Origin: Cirrosporium novae-zelandiae
Lineage: Eukaryota
Reading direction: 5' to 3'
Length of the DNA: 64,000 nucleotides
Assembly: GCA_026023565.1 (NCBI GenBank)
Contig: JAPETS010000035.1
Span: 248,001-312,000 of the forward strand
In this document: positions 25,387 to 37,043 of the stretch, piece after piece
Layout of the letters: each line of letters opens with the position of its first letter
Position numbering within the stretch: position 1 is the first letter of the stretch
Notes under the pieces: model-generated
Seen by the model: the letters and a program-made list of their open reading frames with translations, nothing else
What the model was told of the DNA's origin: nothing
Database searches by the model: none
Translations under genes and position numbers: made by a program

Positions 25387-27174
25387 ATGGTATTTAGCCT
25401 CCACTTACTCCGGGCATCTCGCTCAATGCGACGATCATACACACTGGCGCTTCCTCAGCAGAGAACTTTTATGAACTCGAGCAGAAGATTGGTTATAAAG
25501 CCCTTTATTTTGGCTGACATCGGTGAAGGTGAGCTTCATGCCGAGTAGTGTCCCCGGCGGTGACTAAGGAGCTTCATTACTAGGCATCAAAGAAGTTCAA
25601 ATCATCCAATGGTTTGTTGAACCCGAAGCCCGAGTCGAACAATTCCAGAAGATATGTGAAGTTCAATCGGACAAGGCTGCAGTCGAGGTCAGAAAACTCC
25701 TGTGATTGTCGGTCTGTTTAGATCAGTGTTTGCAACAACCCAATTCTGCATAAAAATCAAAAGTGCAAGCTACAGAGCCAATAATGTCATAATCAGAACG
25801 CTCCAAAGTAGCATCAAAGGGGAGCATTGTGAAAAATGTGGACTTGTTTATGAGATCCTGAGGGGGCCAAAGATAGTGATTTAATCTTAGTCTAATAGAC
25901 TTGTTGCAAACACTGATTTGAAAGGCCAGAGAACGAAGGAGCTGACAATGCTGGTCATGATAGATAACTTCGCGGTTCGATGGAGTCATTAAGAAGCTTT
26001 ATTACGAAGCGGATGATACGGCACAAGTTGGAAAAGTGAGATTATGTTACAGATGGGCACCCATCGCGTCTTTTGCTGACCGATTTGTTGCTAGCCTCTG
26101 TGCGACATCGATATCCAAAGTGAGATTACCCCTGGAGATGAAGTCTTGACAACACCTCAACCTCAGTCCCAGCAGACTGCAGAGTCAACGAATTCTCAGT
26201 TCTCGCAAGAACCTGCGGAAACGCCGAGCAAAAATAAAAATGAAAGTCCTCCATTACTCAACGAAAAAGCGCCTAAACCACCCTCCCGGCATGCGAGTCT
26301 CGCTACCCCCGCAATTCGAGGTCTTCTGAAAGAACATAATCTCCGAATTGAAGATATAACAGGTACTGGGAAAGATGGTAGGGTTCTCAAAGAGGATGTA
26401 CATGGATATCTGGCTGGCCGATCCGCCGCAACAGAGACCCCTTCTAGTACCAAACCAGAAGTTCTGCCTGATATTCCTATCCCTCTTACAACAATACAAC
26501 AGCAAATGTTCAAAACCATGACTCAGTCACTCAGCATTCCTCATTTTCTCTACGCTGATGAAGTCGACACAACGTCTCTCTCCACTCTCCGTCGTACCCT
26601 CCTGGCTGATCCATCAATTCCCAAACTAACCCACCTACCTATAATAATCAAAGCAGCGTCTCTAGCTCTGTCATCTTTCCCTATACTGAATTCACGCCTT
26701 GACACCACTACTGACACTTCAAAACCTCACGTCGTATATCGTGCTAGCCATAACATTTCATTTGCCACGGCAACCTCCCATGGGCTCGTTGTTCCAGTTA
26801 TCAAGAATGTTTCGTCTCTCACAATTCCAGAGATTGCGGTGGAAATAACCCGGCTTCAGAGTCTTGCTTTATCAAATAAACTAACTCCACCCGACCTATC
26901 TGGCGGCACCTTCACGGTCTCTAATATCGGCAGCATTGGTGGAACAGTGGTTGCGCCTATCATTGTACCTAACCAAGTGGGGATCTTAGGGTTAGGAAGG
27001 GCAAGACAAAAGGTCGCTTTGAGCGAAGGCGGGAGGGTAGAGGCCAGAGAGATTATGACATTGAGTTGGAGTGCAGATCACAGGATTGTGGATGGGGCTA
27101 CGTTGGCCGGGATGGCTGAACGAGTGAGACAGCTATTAGAGGAACCAGGGAAAATGCTGGGATTAATGAAATGA
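25387..27174 (+). CDS. Branched-chain alpha-keto acid dehydrogenase E2 (dihydrolipoamide branched-chain transacylase), mitochondrial, 4 exons
   Basis: Arg/Ser-rich presequence; lipoyl domain FILADIGEGI...EVQSDKAAVEITSRFDG; E3-binding GTGKDGRVLKED; catalytic SWSADHRIVDG. Introns near 25530, 25688-25963 and 26036. Confidence 0.93.
25722..25917. repeat. Perfect 17-bp inverted repeat inside intron 2 of the E2 gene (MITE-like or hairpin intron)
   Basis: ATCAGTGTTTGCAACAA at 25722-25738 is the exact reverse complement of TTGTTGCAAACACTGAT at 25901-25917. Confidence 0.85.
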
Positions 27175-27545
27175 GTGTTGCCGAAAACTATGAAAATTTG
27201 GAGACTGCAGAGGCATGACATTGGTCATTAGACGACTGGAGCCATCCAATGGATTACTAGGTTTGATAGACAAAGTTGTATAGTAACCCTTACAAATTAA
27301 TTATCCATCGCAATCGGAGCCCTTATTGAATGTCTCATGACACCAACCTTGCCAAAATTCAGAATCCTACATCCCATGGAGGGTGCCAAGGGCGCATTCG
27401 CCCTCTCAATGCTGGTTATCTAGTGAGAGGTTATAGGTGGGCCCCCAACAGAAATATCCTAATCTCAACAAACAAAGACCTTAAAAGCGCCTTGCTGTAG
27501 GCATGGAATCAATTTAAATTATACTCTGCAGTATAACCCGAAAAG

Positions 27546-29375
27546 ATGTTCCATCCGGATAGAACAAGGTCTCCTTTAATTAGTGAAGCTGATGTCGATG
27601 TCGAAGATCCTCTACTCCAAGATGTTCACAATGAGGCCGACACTTCCTCGCTAAGCCGAGGCCAGGCTTGGAATTTATATACCTCACATTTCCTATCGAC
27701 ATGGAATGCAAGAACCTATGAGTTTGCAGCTGTTAGTTGATCGGAACTATAATTGTTTTGCTTTGCTGTTTTTTACTTATTCATTATAGATATTATTTAC
27801 AGCTTCTGCATACCCAGACACACTGCTTGCCTCCTCCATACGGTAATCCCATTTAAACATCCCAACTAGAAGCAACTGAATTAGGAGCTGAATCCGAATA
27901 GCGGAATCATTATAACATTATCCTCTCTCTGCTTCTCTCCCGTTATTGGAAAATGGATTGATGATTCTCCGTCGCGCCTAAAGACACTTCTATCCACAAT
28001 ATCCGTGAATCGTTGCTCTGTTATTATCGCATGCCTTTTCTGGAGTTTCATCGTTGGCGAATTTGGTGGTTCAAATCCGCAGCTCAGGAGTCTCCAGGAT
28101 AGCAGCAATGTCCTTGACAAAGCCACCACAACCCCGAGTAGGACTATAAAAAATTTAATTTTCATGGGAGCAGTCTCTTCTGGCATCTTTGAGAAGCTTA
28201 GTGGAACTGGTAATATGCTTTCTATGGAACGCGACTGGGTTCCACAACTCGCGTCTCCATCTTCCGTCGAGGATCAGAATTCGTATTCTTTTCTGCACTT
28301 GAATGCCATTATGAAAAGGATCGATCTCACTTGCAAACTCGTTGCTCCGATTGTAATATCTTTTGTCATCAGTCTTAGTAGCTCTACACGTATAGGTGTC
28401 TTCACCGTTGCGGGTATGAGCGGACTTAGCTGGGGATTGGAGATTTTTTGTGCGGGGAGAGTTTGGGCCAGGAACCTCAGGTTGCATCTACCGAAGCAAG
28501 TTCACAGGGAGTCGAGACAAGAACAGACAGCTGCTCAAAATGATAACTTAACGCGCAATGTCGGAACTACGTTTCGTAATCGCATCCGCGCCGTCTTCTC
28601 TGCACAAGTCAGACCAGTCCGTCAATATCTGTCTACGGGCGTATGCATTCCATCTCTCACCCTTGCGGTCCTCTATCTTTCGGTGCTCTCTTACTCCGCT
28701 ACGTTCATGACGTTCCTCCTGGACTCAGGATTTTCTCTCATCCTCATTACTATAGCTCGCACTATTGGGGGTATTGTCGAAGTGAGTTCTACGTTTTTGA
28801 CACCTTGGGGCATTAAATATCTTTCACGAACAAGTAAAATCGGGAGGTTTTCGCACCACAACGATCTAGTGGCAGAAGCTAGGTTACTAGATGGAGATGC
28901 AGACGACTTAGACCAACAGAAGCTTAAATCTGGTATCGAAAGGTTAGGTCTTTGGGCCGTCAATAGCCAAGTCATATTACTCCTTGCTTCCCTGCCGTCG
29001 ATCTTCCACCTCACAACTTCCACTTCCAATCCGATCTTAACATCCTTCGCCCTCTTTGTTCCCTTGACCTTCTCCCGTCTCTCGACCTGGACGTTCGACC
29101 TAAGTACTCAAATCCTTACTCCCCTTCTCCTTTCCTCCAACCAGTCTCTTGCTTCTTTTGCAAGTGTTGAACGCTCATTCAAATCCTTCTTTGAGCTGCT
29201 GCAATGGATCATCACGGCCATTTGGCCACGACCAGAGCAGTTTCCATGGTTGGCCGTGGGAACGAGCGCTACGATTGCGGGAGCTGCGGCGATGTATGCA
29301 GGATGGGTTGGGGGGAGAGAACAAAGGGGTCATTTAGTGCATTGGGAGAAGGTTTGTAGGGGGATTAAAGGATAA
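27546..29375 (+). CDS. Ferroportin-like (FPN1/SLC40/IREG) iron exporter, 3 exons
   Basis: LYTSHFLSTWNARTYEFAA, SMERDWVP, LNAIMKRIDLTCKLVAP and LYLSVLSY motifs; multiple transmembrane segments. Confidence 0.88.
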
Positions 29376-29768
29376 AGTTGATGGGAGAAGTGAACCACTT
29401 ATCTTTCATGAAACAAAGAGAATGTCTATAACCCGAGTAAGATAAGGAAGCCCAACTTCGCATAAGAGATGGTGGAAACGCTAGAAGCCATCAAGATATC
29501 ATGCCCAAAGTGAAATATAGATAGGGCTATATACTTGCTCTGTTATTCATTAATTCGATATGTCCTATCCGATAGATTATAATGCATCCATGTTCTAAAT
29601 ACTCACCCCCCCCATAATAACTAGGGGTTCTTCAACCCTGTCTTAGATGTCCCTCAAAACCTTTATAGTGTCCACAGCACAAAACATGCCGCGGCGTAAA
29701 AAAAAGAAAGGTCACCCACCCATTAGAGGGTGCTAGCTAATCTTGCAAAAGATTAATCTTCTAATTTG

Positions 29769-29853
29769 AGGTCTATCGCGGACTCGAACCGCGGTCTCGG
29801 GAAACTTCACTTGGTATCAAAATCCCGCGTGCTAACCTCTACACTAATAGACC
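29769..29853 (-). tRNA. tRNA-Gln(UUG) with short intron
   Basis: Minus strand: acceptor GGTCTAT/ATAGACC, anticodon stem CGGGA/TCCCG with loop TT-TTG-A, ~13-nt intron, T-arm CGCGG-TTCGAGT-CCGCG. Confidence 0.92.
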
Positions 29854-30123
29854 GGCTTGAATGCTGATTTGTTGAAAGATTCGCTCCTGAATCACTTTAT
29901 CATTCAAACTTTCCACAGTGTTTGAATGTGGGGCCAAAGAAAACTGGCCTACGTCACTCCTCGCTTAAGTCATGTGATATCCCGCTGAGTAGGGCAAGTT
30001 TTCCAAATCCCTGATTTCAATATCCCAACGCCGCAATGCGCAACATCTCCGGCGCAAAAAATAGAACATCACCAGATCATAAACACAACACGAACACACT
30101 TTGATATCAATCAACCAATCAGC

Positions 30124-30239
30124 GGTCGGATGGCCGAGTGGTCTAAGGCGCCGAGCTCAAGTTCAAATGACTTATCTACTTCATAAGTGGTCGCATCTCG
30201 GTGGAGCAATCCGCGTGGGTTCGAATCCCACTCCTACCA
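30124..30239 (+). tRNA. tRNA-Leu(CAA) with ~34-nt intron and long variable arm
   Basis: A box TGGCCGAGTGG; anticodon stem CCGAG/CTCGG with CAA at 30158-30160; variable arm GGA-GCAA-TCC; T-arm GTGGG-TTCGAAT-CCCAC; discriminator A. Confidence 0.9.
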
Positions 30240-30491
30240 GCGATTCTATTGTTTTTGATGTTCCTTGCTGTAGATATTGAAGTAGGAAAGCATTTTTTGC
30301 TTTGAGGGACAGTGTGGTGGCTAGTGGTGGCTGTAAGTTACAGTTGTTTGATACTGACTCGGGTCGCGTTTGACGCGCTTCGCTTTTTTTGCCCATCAAA
30401 CTTCCGTTGCTTGGCAACCTACTTGATCCTTCTAGCATCCTTGTCTACGATCGTTGTGAGAACCTTTTAACAACTCCGAAACTCAGGCAAG

Positions 30492-31451
30492 ATGTCCGAA
30501 TACTGGAAATCAACTGTGAGCAACTTCCTTTATGGTCTTTGACTGCACCCCTGTCTTACTAACAGTCTTGTTTTATAGCCTAAATACTGGTGCAAACACT
30601 GCAAAACCTACGTCCGTGACACCAAGCTCGAGCGCCAACAGCATGACTCTACTCCCCGACATCAAGGAAATCTCAAGCGATTTGTACGAGACCTTCACCG
30701 CAACAATGACCGGGAAGAAAGAGAAAAGCAAAGGGCGAAGAATGAAGTTGAACGACTGAATGGAATAGTCTCTAGGTCATCATCGAACAGTGCCGAGCCA
30801 CCATGGAAGCATACGGCCACCGCCTCCTCGTCTTCGACAGCTTCGATACAGACAACACCTGCTGATAGAAAAGCGCAACTGATACAACTGGCTTCTATGG
30901 GAGTGGCGATACCAGATGAATACCGAGGAGAGATGGCCATGGCCGGCGATTGGAAGACACTTTCTTCGAGGGTGATCCAAGAAAGAATTAAGGGGGAAGA
31001 GGATGGGGATATCAAGCTAGACGGGTCCGGCCTTAGTACTGGAGTCCGTAAGAGGAAATGTGAGGAGGATGAGGAAGAAGAAGCTGAGGTGAAAGTAGTC
31101 CGAAAGGGCTGGGGATCCGCAATGAAGACATATCCGGCAGACGGAGACGGAGAAGACTTGGATGCCTTGTTGGCAAAGACGATAGCTAAAAAGGTAGTCA
31201 AGCAGGAAAGCGATGTTGTGGAAGGAACAAGGTCTAATAACGAAGTGGATAAGGCCATCAATGATGAGAAAGATCCCGAGCCTACTTTAAAACAAGAAGG
31301 GAGCGAGAAAGACGTTAGCGCTATTCCACCAACGATACCTGAAGCATCTGCCATCAAAACCGAATCGTCGATTAAGACGGAGGAAGATGCTCCAGCAGAA
31401 ACAATTGTGTTTAAAAAACGCAAGTCGAGGAGCACACGGCACAAAGCCTGA
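30492..31451 (+). CDS. U1-type (matrin) zinc-finger protein, WBP4/FBP21-like splicing-associated protein
   Basis: Spliced N-terminus MSEYWKST|PKYWCKHCKTYVRDTKLERQQHDSTPRHQG; C-terminal IVFKKRK. Confidence 0.85.
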
Positions 31452-32327
31452 TGGATCTTGTATACATGTCGACTGTACCTTAAGCAAGCTTGCGCTCTAA
31501 CGGATACGGATACGGGTTCTTCTCGAGTCCTTCAACAGCAATTACATTTTAGGAATATTGATCCTGGCTACGGTCTATCTAATACCTTTTGTATTTGGGA
31601 GTTCCCTGTATCATTGCTCGTGCTTGCGCATATAAATCAGTGAAAGCACTAACTCCTATCAAGACATAGGTACTTCTATGCAACGCTTGCACACTAGCAA
31701 AGTATCACCAAGTGATGGCCACACTATTTTCCTCTTTCAGGATCCTACAAGAAGATTAAGGTTCCCGGCTGCCGATTTCCGGCAAAAAACGCCCCGAACA
31801 TAGCGGCAATGGATTTGTCATACGGCGCGTTAATTTCAACAGCAATTATATTGCATCCATTGCATTGAAGTGGGAAGTATGATGACGCATTGATTGTAGA
31901 ATATCTACATTCCATGTCGTTCACATGTCACACCATGTTAGGCCAATTAATAACAACCCTCATGCCAAGCAGGCTGTGAAATGATAAATATGATGATCGA
32001 ATTCATGTTCGGAAACATTACCAATTGAGTGCATATGTGTATCGTGAATTTCAAAGCAAATACAATTTGGGACATAGCATTGACTTGATGTAGCAGTAGC
32101 CCCACCTACTGTGATGAAAACGTACATGATTATAGAACACCTCAGGTACAAAGTACACAACTTGTACCTTTCTATCATCTTCTAACTGCCTCTTTCCTAT
32201 TATTATAAATACTGCTCTCTTCCCACCTATCTTTTATGACAGCCACGCCTTAACAATTAACCATTCTATTCCACCATCTCTAGCTCTTATCCATCAACCA
32301 ATTGACGACAAAAAACAACTATTGAAA

Positions 32328-33501
32328 ATGAAGGAAGCAATCGTCCAAACCGACCTCTACGTAAAGGTTCACGACGCCCCTATCCCAACTCCGGGCCCCT
32401 CTCAACTTGTCATCAAAGTCATTGTGTCAGGTCAAAACCCCAAAGACTGGAAAATACCCATCCTATTTAAGGAAGACCACAATCCCGGCGACGACATCGC
32501 GGGCATTGTGCACGCAGTCGGGGATGAGGTGACAGAGTTCAGGGTCGGCGATAGGGTCGCCGCATTTCACGAGATGTTCAAAGACCATGGGAGCTATGCC
32601 GAGTATGCGGTCGCGTGGGATCACACAACATTTCATATTCCTACAAAGACTTCTTTTGAAGGCGAGTCTATCCCACCATTCCCACCTTTTCTGTGCAGCA
32701 TTCTAGCCCCCGCAGTTTTTTAGTGCCTCCTCCTTCCTCGATACCAGACCATAGTACTCATAACTCTTTACAGAAGCCGCCACAATTCCTCTCGCAGCCA
32801 TGACTGCAGCCATAGGCCTCTACCAACGGCTATCCCTCCCCCTCCCTTGGCAACCAACCACAGAACCAATCCCCCTCCTAATCTACGGCGGCGCCACGGC
32901 CGTCGGGGCCTTTGCGCTGAAACTCGCCTCCCTCTCCAATATCCACCCCCTCATAACCGTCGCAGGCAGGGGCATCCCATTCGTAGAATCCCTCCTAGAC
33001 AAATCCAAAGGCGACATGGTAATCGACTACCGCAAGGGTGACGAAAGCGTCGTATCAGAAATCAAAACCGCCCTCGGCGGCCGCAAATTAAAACACGCCT
33101 ACGATGGAGTCTCCGAAGGCTCCTCGGCGCGGAATATTGGAAAGGTCCTCGACCCTACCGCCGGCTCCCTCCTAACCTACGTCCTCACACTCGAAAAAGG
33201 CGTCTTCCCCCCTGCGGTGAAAACAAATCTCACCATGGTCGGCGACGCCCACAACCCGGCCCCCGCGGACTCGGAGGCCGCCAAGCAAGGGTGCAAGATC
33301 GGTACCCCGGAGTTTGCGTATGTGATGTTTCGGTTTTTTGGAAGGGGGTTGGCGAAGGGGTGGTTTGAGGGTCACCCTTTTGAGATTAGGAAGGGGGGGT
33401 TGGGTGGGCTGGAGGGTGGGTTGAAGGATTTGAAGGCTGGGAAGGTTAGTGCCAAGAAGTTTGTTTATAGGATTGGGGAGACAGAGGGGGTGGAGCTTTG
33501 A
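32328..33501 (+). CDS. MDR-superfamily NAD(P)-dependent enoyl-reductase-like oxidoreductase (ToxD/LovC-like), 2 exons
   Basis: NPKDWK, GDDIAG.V..VG..V.EF.VGDRV, GSYAEY, SFE|EAATIPLA and LIYGGATAVG motifs; C-terminal KVSAKK.V. Confidence 0.88.
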
Positions 33502-33539
33502 GGGTTAAGGGTTGGGTTTGAGGGTGAAGTTTGTTAGGA

Positions 33540-35880
33540 TTAATATTTCTTCCTTTTTCTCTTCCTTTTTCTCTTCCTTTTTCTCTTCCTTTTTCTTTCT
33601 TTTTTTCTCACATTTTTCTTTCTTTCTTATATATCTATTTTTTAAAAAAAAAAATGTTACGAGGCCTCTCCACTAATAAGGGTATAACCAGGTATAATAT
33701 TGTCAACTGGAGATCTAAAACCTAAGGTGAAAACCCTCAGCATAAGGAAAGGTGACGCTAGGACATGTGCCCTAAGTGGTTTTAGCCTAACCAGAACATA
33801 ATTAGTACCAAGGAGCCATAACAAAGAAAGAAAAGAAAGACAATTAATTAGACTTCAATCGATTAACAAATAGGTCTAATTATTCTATCCACTAGATATT
33901 CATTTTTAAAATTCCATTTCATTTCATAACATCAAATATCCCTTTCCTCCCCTCCCCCCCCCAAAAAAGACTCAGTTGTCAGTCCCTTTTTTTTTTTTTT
34001 CCTATTCCTAGAGGAAGGTATTGGAAAGATAGGCTAAACTAATAATTAATAATTCTTACCTTTTTTCTTGGGTTCTTATCTAAGCTAAGCTGAGCTAAAA
34101 GGGGGACCTGGGATTGATTTATATTTGCTATTTAAGTGGTCGTTTATCTAGTGATGGTGATGGTGATGGGATATATATACTGTGACCTGGTTGCGCTGTA
34201 ACGGGAGGGGAGGGGAGGGGGGGTTATAAGGATCGTAAGGGATTATAAAGATTGTAGATTTATTATTTACGTGTTATTTATGTGGTTATGGACCTAGACT
34301 TTTACCTACAGACTTTATCTGTACTATATATATTATTATACATCTCCTTTTTTTTTTCTACTACTACTACCATAGATATATAACATATCTTTTACATTAG
34401 AAAATAAATACTAATTATTACTATACCAGTGTGACTGGTGTGACCAATCACTCACTTAATTGGCGCGCTCTTGAGGAATTGGATTTGGCTTAGTTTAGCT
34501 TAGCCTAGTCCCTAGTACTTCTGTGTATTCGATACCTTATATATATATATATGTGTGTATATGTGTGCGTGTGTGTATGTGTGTGTTTTCCCCCTCTATC
34601 CTTTAGGGTTTTTTAATGTCTTGGTTCCGATGGGGGTTGTGGTTAGGGTTGGGGTTGGGTTAGTTGGTTGATTGATTGGTTTTGTCTGTTGGGGAGGTTT
34701 TTTTTATTACTTTGGGTTTGTGTATCTATGGATGGATAATAAAGAAGGAAAGAAGGAAGAGAGAGGAAATGGATGGATGGATGAAAGCGGGGGGGATAAC
34801 TATACTAGAGATAATGGATAATGGATAATGCAAAGAAGGAGAAAGAGAGAGAGAGAGAAAAGGGGGGTGGAGTAGTTAGTTGGTTGATGTGAGATTCCAC
34901 CCCCCCTCTTTCTTTCTCTCCCTCCCTGCTCTCTGCTCACCACCTTAGAAGGGAAAGCAAAGAACTTATATTTTGTGAATAAAGCTTTTAGGAGAAAAAA
35001 AAAACACTGATATATATTTTAAGAAGTGCCTTTGCTGACTGTAATAGTCACTGCAAGTTACTTACTAAGTACATGTTGGTTATGTTAGTTATAAGTTATA
35101 GATTTACCTATACTATTATACTATATATATATATATATTTTATATATTAGCCCGATGGAGTTTGGTTGGCTGGTTAGGTTTTTTAATTTTGCTTTACTTA
35201 TCTATAGATTACAAACGAAAGTGAAAGAAAGAAAATGGATGAATGAATGCATGAATGAATGCATGAAAGCGGGGGATAACTACATGTAGATGTACTGTAC
35301 AATAAATAGCAACACAAAGAGACAGAGAGAGAGAGAAAGAAAAAGAAGAGGGGGAAGGGAAGACTTACCTACTATAAGAGAAGAGATGCTTACATTTGGT
35401 TTTTAAATTTTTTTAAATTTTTTTTATTTGTTTGTTTGTTGCTTGCTTGCTTAGTTAAAGTCATTCAAGTCAAATGATGAACAAAACTTTGAAGAAAAAG
35501 AAGCTGCAATGGTTAGATAGCTATAGATGAGATGAGATGAATGTGAACAGAAAAAAAAGACGAAAAATTCCCAATCCCAAGTAAGGAGATATTTGCAAGG
35601 AAAAAAGGGAAATAGAATACTTTACCGTCCCTATTTTTTTGATGGTTTTCATCGACTGATTATAGTAGCCATTAGTAGTGGTTGCCTAGATGGTTAGATC
35701 ATGAGGAAGAGAGAAAATCCAATCCCAAAGACTTTTTTTCGAAAATGCCAATCTAAGAATGGCGTATAAGACAAAAGAAATGGAAAAAAACTTACCAGTC
35801 CATCCATCCTTTTAAAACTTTTTTCCCTTGTCAAGCAATATTTCTATCATCATCAGGTCATCAAAGTCATTATTCTCGTT
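33540..35880. repeat. AT-rich, microsatellite-rich tract with nested diverged direct duplications
   Basis: Homopolymer and (AT)n/(GA)n/(GGAT)n runs with no ORFs. Paired motifs at 34628/35152, 34781/35263, 35509/35690 and 35571/35719. Confidence 0.75.
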
Positions 35881-35891
35881 ATTTCTCAAGT

Positions 35892-37043
35892 TCATGCTCG
35901 TCGAAGTCGGCGACGATCCGAGGGTTCGTGGCGGAAACCGCTGAATGATCTTTCGTTTTCTCTTTCGCGGGTGGAGGGCCGGTAGCTGGGGCTGGGGCTG
36001 TATTCCGTGGGTGGTGGTTGAACGTCCGGCCTGGCTCTTGGGCGGTTTGGTGCCCCGCGCTGCAGACTTGCGAACGATCGTTCGCTTTCTCTTGTTGGGG
36101 GCCTGTTGTAGTCCGCTTGGGTGTTTTCCGGGCGAGGGCGTGAGTGATTGAGGGCTCCCCGTTGAAGGGAGGTGAAGGATCTTTCGCTTTCTCGAGTAGC
36201 GGGTCTGTACTCCGCCGTGGGCTGTTGGATGTCCGGCCGTGGCCTTCTCTGGTTGGGTGTGCCTCTTTGGAGGCTGGCGAGGGATCTCTCGCTTTCTCGG
36301 GTGGGGGGTCTATAGCTGTAATCCCGTGGTGGTTGGACGTCTGGCCGAGGGCGTGGGAGATTGAGGGCTCCGCGTTGGAGTGGAGGATTTGCGAAAGAGC
36401 TTGCATTTGAACTTGAGCGGGTGGGTGGTTGGATATCGAGCCGTGCTCTCTGCCTGTTTGGAGCACCGCGTTGGATGTTAGCAAGGGATCTTTCGCTTTC
36501 TCGGGTGGCCGGCCTATATTCCGTGGGTGGTGGCTGGACCGGGGAGCGGGATCTTGAAGTGTTTGGAGCACCTCGTTGTAGACCAAACTGAGTGGGTGGT
36601 TGATATAGTGCCGGCTTCATGTGTGGTCTGAGATTCTTTCGTTCCGAGGTGCCTCTTTGAAAAGCAGGGGTTGGCATCATAATGCCTGCTTCCTCGGGGT
36701 ACCTAGGATCCACTCTTTCGCGGAAAGAATTTCCAGGGCCCATGGGGGTTCTGCTTGTGTATGTTTGATCTGGTCTTCGGACACTCTTAGATCTTTCTGG
36801 AGCGTATCTAATAGGACTAGGCTCGTTGGTATAGTGAACGGCGCGGGCGCTGCGTCTAGCGCGCGGATCCGGACCGTAAATCTGGGGGCGTTGTGCTTGG
36901 ACCTGTTTGGTGGGAGGAATCCCGCCCCCTGTGATGGGGGATACTGAACTGCTTCTTGTGGTGATTGAGCTGAAGCTTTCAGACAAGTCGTCCACGTCGT
37001 GGCGTGTGAGTAGCACCCTCAGTTTAGTAGTAAGCCACGTCAT
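35892..37043 (-). CDS. Orphan Pro/Arg-rich protein with ~6 tandem ~35-aa repeats
   Basis: 383-aa ATG-initiated ORF with recurring YRP(A/P)TRESERS...QRG(A/T)(P/L)N..R.RPD(V/I)QPP. GC-rich relative to its flanks. Confidence 0.7.
   Translation of the reverse strand: MTWLTTKLRVLLTRHDVDDLSESFSSITTRSSSVSPITGGGIPPTKQVQAQRPQIYGPDPRARRSARAVHYTNEPSPIRYAPERSKSVRRPDQTYTSRTPMGPGNSFRERVDPRYPEEAGIMMPTPAFQRGTSERKNLRPHMKPALYQPPTQFGLQRGAPNTSRSRSPVQPPPTEYRPATRESERSLANIQRGAPNRQRARLDIQPPTRSSSNASSFANPPLQRGALNLPRPRPDVQPPRDYSYRPPTRESERSLASLQRGTPNQRRPRPDIQQPTAEYRPATRESERSFTSLQRGALNHSRPRPENTQADYNRPPTRESERSFASLQRGAPNRPRARPDVQPPPTEYSPSPSYRPSTRERENERSFSGFRHEPSDRRRLRRA

Noticed and set aside
30695..31444. 249-aa minus-strand ORF and the many other short ORFs in the track
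   Set aside because: Antisense or alternative-frame shadows of recognised genes, or short intergenic ORFs without recognisable features.
33500..34660. TTAGGG-like words suggesting telomeric repeats
   Set aside because: Isolated and degenerate, with no tandem array.
35879..36586. 235-aa overlapping ORF in a second minus-strand frame across the repeat gene
   Set aside because: A stop-free alternative frame is expected when a GC-rich unit is tandemly amplified; no ATG start or frameshift signal seen.
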